Shown: positions 20,658-30,057 of the stretch, piece by piece
Layout: every line of letters begins with the position of its first letter
Numbering within the stretch: position 1 is the stretch's first letter
Source: an uncultured Verrucomicrobiae bacterium
GTDB taxonomy: Bacteria; Verrucomicrobiota; Verrucomicrobiia; Chthoniobacterales; Terrimicrobiaceae
Assembly: GCA_963706955.1 (NCBI GenBank)
Contig: CAVPOC010000012.1
Location: 19,081 to 83,080 of the forward strand
Direction of reading: 5' to 3'
DNA: 64,000 bases
Notes under the pieces: generated by a model
Seen by the model: only the letters and a program-made list of their open reading frames with translations
Databases searched by the model: none
Told to the model about the DNA's origin: nothing
Translations under genes and position numbers: made by a program

Positions 20658-23600
20658 TCAATCGAAGGATGTTTTCGCGTATTCCCGCAAAATCCCGGCC
20701 AGGACCTTAACGGTGGGTTGGCTCAGCATCTGATCGGGATCGCAGTTCAATCGATTAATGGCCGCGTCGGGGGCACAAGCTCGCCAGGCGGCTTCGTGAT
20801 CACGCGCCATCGTCGTCCCCATTACTACGCAGCAGGGACCGCTCAGCGGTCGCGTGCGAAACTCTCTCAAGGCATTGGCATGCGAGATCTCGACCGAGCG
20901 CATGTTTGAATCGACAAGAACCTCGCGCTTACCAGAGCGCGAAAATGCTCGTGAAAGCGAACGCATCCAGTCATCGGCCTTTCCGTTGAGCAAAGGAGCG
21001 CGCGAGCCCGTCAAGGCAAGATAACGGACGCGAGAACCCGCCTCGCGCATGCGGTGAGCCATCTCAAACGCGAGAACCGCCCCGAAACCGTAACCCAAGA
21101 GATGATACGGGCCATCGGGGTCCTGCATTCGCACCGCTTCAACCAGGGCGGCAGCCTCACTTTCCACGGTTTGATGGCATGCTGCCGGTTCGGTGAGCCC
21201 GCGGGCTGTTGTCCCGATCAGTGTCCAATCTTCGGCGAGCAGTGTGATGAGTTCTCGGTATTTTTCCGGACTCCCTTCGACGTCATGAATAAGGAACAAC
21301 GTGGGAGCGTTGGGAGTAGTGTGCAGGAGCAACAGCGGCTGCCAGGTGATCGAATCGGCCGGATGGACTGTCGGCGAAGTCTTCGTGAGCACGTCAGTCA
21401 ACGATCGATGCAGCCTCGCCGAATCAATTCTCCCGCCGGCGGTGAGTGGAAACTCAGCGACGGCATGCAGGTAGTCTGGCTGCATCGTTTTTGGCTGAGC
21501 ACTAATTGCACTTTGTATTGTCTCCGAGACATGAAGGCTGCGATCTTGCAGAATTAACCAGGCATGGCGAGCGGCCCTGGCACCGCCTGCCATGGTTACG
21601 CAATGTGCGTCTTGAACTCCTGCAATCTCGGTCAGCGATCGTTCGATAAGCTCGTCGTCCGAGGGGATCAGATGAATGACGCCCGATTTGTCGCGCCAGG
21701 CGGGCGCGGCGAACTTCTCTGCATGGTCGCGGAGCTGAATGGTCAATCGTCCTGGGTAGCGCGGCGGAATGAGATGGCCGGCCGAATCGATCAAGCGCGC
21801 TGCAACTCCGGCGCGTGGAGTTCCAAGAGGAACTTCGGTGATGGAGACGGAAAGGCCCGGTCGATCCCCGGCTTCATAGTTAACACTCAAACCGGAAAAT
21901 CCCACCGGGCTGGAAAAGAAGATCGTTCTCGCCCGGCCGTCGTTGATCTCCTGCCACTGTCGATGGATTGCCGGCGCCAAAACTTTCCGCTCGATGCATA
22001 CACAACGCAGCGAATCTGGAAAAGCCGCCCGCTCTCCTCGTAGCCCTGTTGTCCAGCTCCGCCATTGCGCGGAAGTTAGACGCAGATGCGAAGGCCTAGC
22101 ATTTCTTAGCGTCGCGGCGAGTTCTCCCTCTCCGAGCAGAATGATGGTCGACCCTGCGAGCATTGCCGAAAGCACTATTTCTGCGAAAGCGGCAGTCCCA
22201 CCGGTTGTTAGGAGAGGAATTCTATCTCCTGGTTGCAGCTCCCAGAGAGTAATGGTCTCCAGACACGCCTCGAGCAGCAGTTGTGAGCTTAAAGTTTGCA
22301 CGGCAGGCGGCTCATCAAATTCCGTGCCCGTAAGAACCAAAGCGGGCTGGGGGTCGGCCACTGGCGGAACTTCCCCGCTGGATGTCGCGGTGATCACATC
22401 CCACTTTTGATCCAAGATAATGAGCTTGCACCTCAGGTTCGCGAACAAGGGCGCGGTGATTGAATCACAGAGAACAATGTTCACATCGAGAGCGGTGAGC
22501 TTGCTGGCGAGCCACGTCGCACTGGAATTTGGATCTAGAGGCACGCACGTTTTCCCACCGATAAGAATTCCCAGGACGGCGACCGGCAGCCAGGGCGTCG
22601 GTGTCAGACATGTCGCGACACGGCCAGTATGGGCGGGATCTTCAGTGCGAAGATGAGCCGCGAGCAGCTTTGCGCATGAGTCGAGCTCGGCAAGGGAGAG
22701 CGCCGCATCGTTTGGTCCCTCAATCGCGAGTGATAAAGGCTGTCGCGTAATCACCGCGGCGATTTTCTCCTGAAGGGTCAGGCTCGGCTTTTCGCTCAGC
22801 CGCCCGAGCTCCTTAGGTTGGGGGATTTCGGTTTCGGCCTTGGTGAGAATAGAGAGCGACCCCACCTTCCCCGCAGGGTCTTTGATGACCGACTCGGTCA
22901 CCCGCACGATCCGCTCCAAAAGATTTGTCGCTTCCAAAGAAGGAAAGAACTCGGGATCGAATTCAACCCGCAGTTCGAATTGTTGTCCCGACCGCACCTC
23001 GATGGTGAAGGGAAAAATCGAGCGCTGGATCGCCTTGACGTCGAAGCGAATCCAGCGGGGAAGTGCGCGGTGGATACGATCATTCAGCGCCGTCGGCAAC
23101 CACAAAAAGGCGACGGGAAACTCGCTGAGAGGGCGATTCGGCTGCGAGGACTGGAGGGCTTGGGAAAGGCTGATGGCGGCGTGATAGCGACGTTCCTCCT
23201 CCTCGAAGGCAATACTCTTCAACCATTCGGTTGCCGTGCGTTCATCTCGAATCGAGACAAGCGCAGGTAGAAGATTCTCGATCAGACCCCAGCCCAAATT
23301 TCTCGGACCGGCCACGGAACAGCTTGCCAACAAAGTCAGGTTATCGCGGTCGGTCAATCGGCCGATTGCCAGCGCCCAAAACGCGAGGAATGCGTCCCGG
23401 GCCGAAACTCCGAGCTGTCGGCATAGCTTCTGGAGAGACGCAGAGACCTCGCGGTCCATCGTAAGGTGGCTTTCAGCACGCGCACTGGTAGGCAAATCCA
23501 GCGCCCGATGGGGGTAGACCCGAAGCATCCGGGGCTGGGCAGCCTCGGCAAGATGTTTGGACCACCAGTCGGCCGTCGTCTCAGACGCCTCGAATAGTCT

Positions 23601-24107
23601 GGATGGTTCTTCCGCATCCAAAGGTAATGCTCCTTCCAAGGCACCGAGCCATGCACAAAGCAGGCGGAAGACAGCATCTTCATCAAGGAGGACCTTCGGA
23701 TAGGTCATTAACAAGTGGCAGTGGCCTTGCGGCAACTCAATCGCGATGAATCGAACCAGGGGCGGTTTAGCGAGATCAAACGGCTGAGCGGCATCTTCTT
23801 CGAGTAACGCAGACCAGCGCTCAGGCGCCTCTTCGGCAGCCAGCTTCGTCCAATCGAGCAATCGCCATGAGGCCTCGATCCCATCGTGCTCGCGGTAGAG
23901 AAAGTCACCCGCCGGGACCTTGAAAAAGCTTGAGCGAAGGACGCCATAGTTGGCGGTGACCTGCTGCCAAGCCTGGCGGACGCGGGCTGCCGGACAGGCT
24001 TCCCCGAGACTTATCGACAACTGGATGTTTTGAAACGCCGCCGAAGGAGAAGAAGCATGTAGAAAACAAGCAGTGGTTTGAGCAGGGTGGGCGGGTGACT
24101 CGCGCAT
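20658..24107 (-). CDS. NRPS-like protein (condensation - degenerate adenylation - thioesterase), no PCP, predicted inactive
   Basis: C: LRSSF, PFDLAKPPLVR; A: LSLAEL, CVPLDP, FPLTAGGRID; TE: PTLFLIH, GPYHLLGYGFGAVLAFEMA. Confidence 0.8.
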   Translation of the reverse strand: MRESPAHPAQTTACFLHASSPSAAFQNIQLSISLGEACPAARVRQAWQQVTANYGVLRSSFFKVPAGDFLYREHDGIEASWRLLDWTKLAAEEAPERWSALLEEDAAQPFDLAKPPLVRFIAIELPQGHCHLLMTYPKVLLDEDAVFRLLCAWLGALEGALPLDAEEPSRLFEASETTADWWSKHLAEAAQPRMLRVYPHRALDLPTSARAESHLTMDREVSASLQKLCRQLGVSARDAFLAFWALAIGRLTDRDNLTLLASCSVAGPRNLGWGLIENLLPALVSIRDERTATEWLKSIAFEEEERRYHAAISLSQALQSSQPNRPLSEFPVAFLWLPTALNDRIHRALPRWIRFDVKAIQRSIFPFTIEVRSGQQFELRVEFDPEFFPSLEATNLLERIVRVTESVIKDPAGKVGSLSILTKAETEIPQPKELGRLSEKPSLTLQEKIAAVITRQPLSLAIEGPNDAALSLAELDSCAKLLAAHLRTEDPAHTGRVATCLTPTPWLPVAVLGILIGGKTCVPLDPNSSATWLASKLTALDVNIVLCDSITAPLFANLRCKLIILDQKWDVITATSSGEVPPVADPQPALVLTGTEFDEPPAVQTLSSQLLLEACLETITLWELQPGDRIPLLTTGGTAAFAEIVLSAMLAGSTIILLGEGELAATLRNARPSHLRLTSAQWRSWTTGLRGERAAFPDSLRCVCIERKVLAPAIHRQWQEINDGRARTIFFSSPVGFSGLSVNYEAGDRPGLSVSITEVPLGTPRAGVAARLIDSAGHLIPPRYPGRLTIQLRDHAEKFAAPAWRDKSGVIHLIPSDDELIERSLTEIAGVQDAHCVTMAGGARAARHAWLILQDRSLHVSETIQSAISAQPKTMQPDYLHAVAEFPLTAGGRIDSARLHRSLTDVLTKTSPTVHPADSITWQPLLLLHTTPNAPTLFLIHDVEGSPEKYRELITLLAEDWTLIGTTARGLTEPAACHQTVESEAAALVEAVRMQDPDGPYHLLGYGFGAVLAFEMAHRMREAGSRVRYLALTGSRAPLLNGKADDWMRSLSRAFSRSGKREVLVDSNMRSVEISHANALREFRTRPLSGPCCVVMGTTMARDHEAAWRACAPDAAINRLNCDPDQMLSQPTVKVLAGILREYAKTSFD

Positions 24108-24116
24108 GCTGAGGAA

Positions 24117-25820
24117 TCAAAGGCCAGCGTCCGTCACCGCCCCGAGCGAAGCGGTCGTCACGTGTGCCGCATACTTAGCCAAAACCCCTCGGCGATAACG
24201 AGGCTTTGGACGCTTCCAGCTTTTCAGCCTCGTTCTGATCTCACCTTGTGAGACGCGAAGATCGATGGTCCGACTTTCCGCGTCGATCGTGATAATATCG
24301 CCATTCTTGACAATTGCGAGGGGTCCACCGTCGAACGCCTCGGGCGTGATATGCCCCACCACAAAACCGTGAGTGCCACCGGAGAAGCGTCCGTCGGTGA
24401 CCAACGCCACTTCCTTGCCGAGGCCGCGGCCCATGACCGCGCTGGTCGGCGAGAGCATCTCGCGCATCCCGGGTCCTCCGCGTGGTCCCTCGTAGCGAAT
24501 AACGATAACGTCTCCTCTCTTGATCTCTCCTTGAAGGATCGCATGCATAGCCGCCTCTTCGCTGTCATAGACCCGGGCAGTTCCGCTAAATTGCTCGCCT
24601 TCCTTGCCGCTGATTTTGGCAACGGCTCCCTCCGGTGCCAGATTGCCGCGGAGAATGACCAAATGGCTGTCCTTTTTCAGAGGCTTGCTCAGCCGAGCGA
24701 TGATTTGCTGACCCTTTGGATAGGCTTTAAACGGCGCGAGATTTTGCTTAAGCGTCTTGCCGGTGACCGTCAGGCAATCGCCGTGCAACAAGCCGGCATG
24801 GACGAGCTCTTTCATCAAGGGAACGATGCCGCCGATCTCGACCAACTGGCTCATCATAAAGCGACCGCTCGGTTTGAGATCGGCTAAGACCGGGACGCGC
24901 TTTCCGATTCGCGTAAAATCATCCAAGTCGAGACGCACATTTGCCGCATGTGCGATGGCCAGCATATGAAGCACCGCATTTGTGGAACCCCCCAAAGCGA
25001 TGACCACCGTGATCGCGTTTTCGAACGACTCCTTGGAAAAAATGTCCGAAGGCCGAATGCCCCGTTTCAGCATCTGGATGACCGCGGCGCCGGCATCGTG
25101 ACAATCGCGGACTTTGTGCTCGGAGATTGCTGCCTGTGCCGAACTGTTTGGCAAACTAAGGCCCATCGCCTCGAGCGCCGAGGCCATCGTATTGGCGGTG
25201 TACATTCCCCCGCACGATCCAGGACCTGGGATAGCGCAGGATTCGACAGCATGCATTTCCTCCTTGTTGATCTTACCGGCGGCTTCGGCCCCAACCGCTT
25301 CGAAAACGGAAACGATGTCGAGATTCCGGCCGTTCAGACATCCCGGCAGAATTGTGCCACCATAGACAAACACCGCTGGCCGGTTCAGCCGCGCCATGGC
25401 AATGCAACAGCCCGGCATATTCTTGTCGCAGCCGCCGATCGCCACAAAGCCGTCAAAGCCCTGGCAACCAACCACCGTTTCGATTGAGTCGGCAATCACT
25501 TCGCGCGAAACGAGCGAATACTTCATTCCCTCCGTTCCCATCGAAATTCCGTCCGATATGGTAATGGTGTTAAAAATGGTCGCCTTTCCTCCGGCGTCGT
25601 TGACTCCCGCAGCGGCTTCCCGCGCAAGTTGATCGATGTGCATGTTGCACGGAGTGACCATGCTCCAGGTCGAGGCAACACCAATCTGCGGTTTGGAAAA
25701 ATCGTTCTCCCGGAAACCAATCGGATACAACATCGCACGGCTCGGAGCGCGGCTCTCGCCGTCCAGGACAACGGACGAGAATGGACGCAAACCGTTTTTT
25801 GCAGAGACTTTGATTCTCAT
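24117..25820 (-). CDS. ilvD: Dihydroxy-acid dehydratase
   Basis: [56 protein letters not shown]; start taken at ATG 25820. Confidence 0.97.
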   Translation of the reverse strand: MRIKVSAKNGLRPFSSVVLDGESRAPSRAMLYPIGFRENDFSKPQIGVASTWSMVTPCNMHIDQLAREAAAGVNDAGGKATIFNTITISDGISMGTEGMKYSLVSREVIADSIETVVGCQGFDGFVAIGGCDKNMPGCCIAMARLNRPAVFVYGGTILPGCLNGRNLDIVSVFEAVGAEAAGKINKEEMHAVESCAIPGPGSCGGMYTANTMASALEAMGLSLPNSSAQAAISEHKVRDCHDAGAAVIQMLKRGIRPSDIFSKESFENAITVVIALGGSTNAVLHMLAIAHAANVRLDLDDFTRIGKRVPVLADLKPSGRFMMSQLVEIGGIVPLMKELVHAGLLHGDCLTVTGKTLKQNLAPFKAYPKGQQIIARLSKPLKKDSHLVILRGNLAPEGAVAKISGKEGEQFSGTARVYDSEEAAMHAILQGEIKRGDVIVIRYEGPRGGPGMREMLSPTSAVMGRGLGKEVALVTDGRFSGGTHGFVVGHITPEAFDGGPLAIVKNGDIITIDAESRTIDLRVSQGEIRTRLKSWKRPKPRYRRGVLAKYAAHVTTASLGAVTDAGL

Positions 25821-25875
25821 GGACCTAACCACATTAGATAAGTGGCTGGAAGGTCGCAAAGCCAAAACCTTAGCC

Positions 25876-27273
25876 TCAACGGGCTCTCTTCGATTCGATC
25901 GCTTCAATGGCGTCGCGAATGTCGTCTCTTTCCCGAGGCCCAAGTTGGTCGCTTTCGAGCGCAGCACGATAGCTGCGCAGCGCCGACTCGGCCAAGCCCT
26001 GTTTGGCGTAGGCCTGCCCCAGGTAGATCTGATAATCAACGGGGGAGACCCCCGCGTTTCTCGCGTTGGTGACGAGTTTTTCAAGGGATGCGGCTTCGCC
26101 GCTGTAGTCAGTGAGGGTTCTCCGAATTCGCGCCGAGAGAAACAGAGTGTATGAATCATTGGGCGACTCGAGGAGCACCTCCTCAGTAAGCTTCTCCGCT
26201 TGCTCCGTCTCACCTGTTTCGAAGAGTGCCAACGCCTGAACCAACTTCGCATGGCCAAGGTTAGGGTTGCTCTCGAGAGCCTTTCTGCTATGGGCAAGGG
26301 CGTCCTGCCAACGCCGCTGCGCGACGGCAAAGTTGGCCGCGTGGGAGAGCACTGAGGTGTTTTCAGGAGCCAAGCGAAGTGCACGCTCAAGGCAAGCGCG
26401 CGCATCTCCGGTCCGCCGAATCGCTTCATAGTAACCAGCGATCTGGGCTAAATAGAGCGCGGTTCCATTATCCGGTCCAAATTGAAAGGTCTCCTCGAGA
26501 GCCCGTGGCGGAAGCCCGGGACCATGGCGAAAGAGAAAGCCATGGTTGGTCACAGAAGCAAGGTGCCAGTCGGGCGATATCAGCAGGTGATCCAGCAAGG
26601 GTCTGTATTCTCCGATCGGGCCGGACAGAACGACGGCAGGCCATCGCTGCCGGCGAAATGCCTCACGCCATTGGCTGGGATTTAGCGCGAGGCGGGCAGA
26701 ATCCTCTAGCGAAACGCCGCCTCCCTCCTTCGGAAGAAGAAGCAAGAGCAAATGCCTCAATGCGGTGGGATTTGCAAACACCTTCTCTCCGCTCAGCCGC
26801 CGGACCTCGTCAGCCAATTCCGATGGAAGCAGGAGGCGCAGATCGGATGCCGTCTCCCCGCGGTTTCTCCAGCTCATCCACACTGGCGGGACACACGTGG
26901 CCAAGACAAGGATAATGGCAGAACCGAAAAGAATCGCCCGGGAGCGCCGATCATCGAGCAGTCGCACAATCGCGTAAATTACCGCCAGCGAAAACAGCGT
27001 TGCCAGCGTCCAGCCGGCAAAGACCGCCACCCATTGTCCGGTAGCCAGCAGGGAGGCTCCGCCAGCCTCCCAGAGACGGCCCGCGACCAAGTCCGACACT
27101 GACGCATTCCCAAATCCCTCGATCCTCCGGAGTGACGCCAAGCCACGGATTGCCGCTGCCAGGCTCCGCTGCGTAGGAAAGCCACTGAGAAAGGGCAGGG
27201 AATGCAAGAAACCGCAGATAACGGAGGCAGCGACGCCAAATATCGCGTATCTGAAAGACGACGACCTAGACAT
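25876..27273 (-). CDS. Membrane-anchored TPR protein
   Basis: About three N-terminal TM helices, a globular middle domain, several TPR repeats ([22 protein letters not shown]). Confidence 0.8.
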   Translation of the reverse strand: MSRSSSFRYAIFGVAASVICGFLHSLPFLSGFPTQRSLAAAIRGLASLRRIEGFGNASVSDLVAGRLWEAGGASLLATGQWVAVFAGWTLATLFSLAVIYAIVRLLDDRRSRAILFGSAIILVLATCVPPVWMSWRNRGETASDLRLLLPSELADEVRRLSGEKVFANPTALRHLLLLLLPKEGGGVSLEDSARLALNPSQWREAFRRQRWPAVVLSGPIGEYRPLLDHLLISPDWHLASVTNHGFLFRHGPGLPPRALEETFQFGPDNGTALYLAQIAGYYEAIRRTGDARACLERALRLAPENTSVLSHAANFAVAQRRWQDALAHSRKALESNPNLGHAKLVQALALFETGETEQAEKLTEEVLLESPNDSYTLFLSARIRRTLTDYSGEAASLEKLVTNARNAGVSPVDYQIYLGQAYAKQGLAESALRSYRAALESDQLGPRERDDIRDAIEAIESKRAR

Positions 27274-27306
27274 TCTTCAAGAGACTGCGACTTTTCTCAC
27301 TAAGCC

Positions 27307-27813
27307 ATGAAACTACCACTTCTCGTCCTCTCCGCGATAAGCTTGTTTGCGTTGACGGGCAGAGCTGAACCACTCACCGTCGGCACGCCCGCGCCTGTTA
27401 TCACCGCCAAAGATCAAGACGGTCAGGCCATCAACTTTGCGGATGTTTACTCCAAGGGAACGACGCTGGTTTATTTCTACCCCAAGGCGGGCACCGCTGG
27501 TTGCACGGCACAAGCATGTTCGCTCCGCGACTCGTTCGCGGATTTGAATCAGAAAGGATTGCAAATCATCGGCGTGAGCGAAGACACCGTCCAGTCTCAA
27601 AAGAAGTTCAGGGACGAGAACCAACTTCCATTCACCTTGATTGGGGATAGCGATGGCAAGGTCGCTGAGGCCTTCGGAGTGCCCATAACCATGGGTCTCG
27701 CCAAACGGCAGTCGTTTATTATCAAAGAGGGGAAGATCGCGTGGGTTTCTCCGCAGGCGAAGACGAAGGAACACGCCCAGGAGGTCCAGGCCGCGCTTCA
27801 GTCCCTGAACTAG
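27307..27813 (+). CDS. bcp: BCP/PrxQ-type peroxiredoxin with signal peptide
   Basis: VYFYPKAGTAGCTAQACSLRD, IIGVS, LPFTLIGD. Confidence 0.88.
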   Translation: MKLPLLVLSAISLFALTGRAEPLTVGTPAPVITAKDQDGQAINFADVYSKGTTLVYFYPKAGTAGCTAQACSLRDSFADLNQKGLQIIGVSEDTVQSQKKFRDENQLPFTLIGDSDGKVAEAFGVPITMGLAKRQSFIIKEGKIAWVSPQAKTKEHAQEVQAALQSLN

Positions 27814-27986
27814 AATCGCTATTTCCTCCGATTTTGCGCTTCAGCCGACGGACCAAGCGTGCGACGCGTGGACGTTTTGAAGTCTCAGCGCCCGTCGCGG
27901 GCTCAAGTTAGGTGGGCGCTCGTGCGATTGTCGCTCAATCGACACGGCAAGATTGCTGAACCGCTAGCAATGATCTTCTAGCGAGG

Positions 27987-28238
27987 TCAGTTCCCTTCCT
28001 CGTCTGCCGCCGGGGTGGGGCGCTCCGACTTGGGAAGCCTTTTCAGGATCTTCTCGGTCTTCTTTTTCTTTCTGACTTCAAGTTCCCACTTGACGGGATT
28101 GATCTCGCCCTTGGTGCTCCACCAACGGCTGCCCGTCCACATTCCCAAGGTGCGGGTTCCGTTTGGAAGCCAGACGCGAACTGCCTTATAGGGCACCGGT
28201 TTCTCATTATCGGACTGTTCCCGCTCTCTATCCTTCAT
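27987..28238 (-). CDS. Small hypothetical protein (83 aa, Trp-rich core, Lys-rich tail)
   Basis: ATG 28238; VRVWLPNGTRTLGMWTGSRWW; the longer ORF call runs through a tRNA. Confidence 0.55.
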   Translation of the reverse strand: MKDREREQSDNEKPVPYKAVRVWLPNGTRTLGMWTGSRWWSTKGEINPVKWELEVRKKKKTEKILKRLPKSERPTPAADEEGN

Positions 28239-28354
28239 CGAGTAAATTGTGGGACCTGAGGGTAATGGAAGCGCCTCCGGTCCGTCAAACCTCTGATGCT
28301 CGCAAGCCCAGTCGCCTCGCCTCGGTATATCACTAGAACACTCAGCTGGGGGAG

Positions 28355-28426
28355 TGGGTTGGGAGGGACTCGAACCCTCAACCAACGCCTTAAAAGGGCG
28401 CTGCTCTACCATTGAGCTACCAACCC
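28355..28426 (-). tRNA. tRNA-Lys(UUU), CCA not encoded
   Basis: GGGTTGG-TA-GCTCAATGGTAGAGC-A-GCGCC-CTTTTAA-GGCGT-TGGTT-GAGGGTTCGAGTCCCTC-CCAACCC-A cloverleaf. Confidence 0.96.
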
Positions 28427-28573
28427 GCAGTCCGGCCCCAAAACCAAGAAAGAGAACTCCATCCGGCGGCTTTGTTTTGCGCTCTCCAGCCATCCACGTG
28501 GCAATTGGAGCGACGTCGCATATTAATCCACAATCGCTCGGAAGGCGCAAGAGTCTTCCCCCAAGCGCTGGCC

Positions 28574-29915
28574 TCATTCGCGAACAGGCTCTTTCGCTTC
28601 GACTTCGTCGGTCGCCAAGAGGGTAATCCGCGCCCGACGTAGCCCGGAAGCGTGTGTCTGCAATGCAGTGATCTCAAACTCGCCGATTCGCAGACTTTCA
28701 TCTCGTTGCAAGAGTCGTCCCGCGAGTCGCTTTACCCAGGCTTCGACCGTCTCACGGGGTTGAAACTCAAAGTTCCAACCGGTTTCCGCGCGGAGTTCGC
28801 GGATGGGGAGGGAAGCATCGACCACGATGGAGTGCTCGGTTTGCTCGAAGATCGGGCCTCGTTCGATGTCGAGCTCGTCGCGGATCTCTCCGACGATTTC
28901 TTCAAGGACATCCTCGAAGGTAACGATGCCGAGCATCGCCTCATTTGTATCAATGACGACAGCCAAGTGACGGCGCGAGGAGCGAAACAGCTCCATCATT
29001 GTCGGCAATGGTGTCATCGGGAAAAAGGTCAACACAGGACGCATCAGCGGTTGAAACGACGACTTTTCTCCCAAGCGCTTGAATTTGCCAGAGCCATTCC
29101 TTGATCAGGACCATTCCAAGCACATTGTCGAGAGATTCCTGGCAGACGGGATATCGACTGTGACCACTCTTTTGCGCAATCCTAAGATTCTCATCGATGC
29201 TCTTGTCCACCCAGAGCGCCACCACTGTTGTCCGGGGAAGCATCACCTGCTGCGCAGTAACGTCGCGCAGTCGTAACGAGCGGACCATGATCTTATTGAT
29301 CAAGGCGTCACCGGGATGAATGTGCCTGGAATGGCTGAGGACATACTCCAGCTCGTCGGCGGAGAAGGCGTGCTCGCTTTCGGAAGCCGGCTGCAAGCCC
29401 GCCCAGCGAAGAAACATGTTTGCCGTGCCGTTCAGGACGTAAATAAACGGAAAGAAAATATAATAAAAAATCAGCAGCGGGGCTGCGATCCAGAGAGAAA
29501 CGCCCTTAGGCCGTTGAATGGCCAATGATTTCGGAGCGAGCTCACCCAGGACGATGTGGAGGAAGGTAATGATCGTGAACGCTACTCCAAACGCCAGCGA
29601 GTGCTGCAAACGGACGCTGTTCACGCCGAGATACGCAAACGCCGGCTGCAGCCAGTGTGCCAGAAATGGCTCACCGAGCCAGCCAAGGCCGAGGCTGGCG
29701 AGAGTAATCCCAAGTTGAGTGGCCGAAAGGCAGGCATCCAGATTGTTGACCGCCCGGAGCGCCATCGGCACCCGCCAATCCCCTGATTTGAGCAGGGGCT
29801 TGAGCTGACTGGCCCGGATCTTCACAATGGCGAACTCCGCCGCCACAAAGAATCCGTTCGCGCAGACAAGCAAAAGGATGACCAGAAGCTGCCATCCCAG
29901 TTCAAATAGCATCAT
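28574..29915 (-). pseudogene. CNNM/CBS/CorC-HlyC (hemolysin family) transporter with one frameshift near 29070
   Basis: NGFFVAAEFAIV, QLGITLASLGLGWLGEP, GELAPKSLA, SGHSRYPV in ORF 28950-29915; HLAVVID..GIVTFEDVLEEIVGEIRDE continues in +1 frame (28574-29074). May be an assembly error. Confidence 0.8.
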
Positions 29916-30057
29916 CGTTAAAGCCTTTTCCGCACCTTGGTCACCGTTTCAATCTCCTCATCCGCCGAAGACAAGGCAAACATAAGTAGCGTTTTTTCGC
30001 CAAGGCCGAAAATGGGGATTGGATTTTCGCGCATCACGCTGATATTTCCGCGCGACC

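Noticed and set aside
25821..26429. 203-aa N-terminal extension of IlvD
   Set aside because: Alternate-frame overlap with the TPR gene; IlvD homology begins near 25820
27814..28574. Integrated island or prophage at tRNA-Lys
   Set aside because: No integrase and no duplicated tRNA 3' end seen
28239..28577. Long version of ORF 27987-28577
   Set aside because: Runs through tRNA-Lys
29916..30057. Riboswitch upstream of speA-gcv
   Set aside because: No glycine or other aptamer motif recognised
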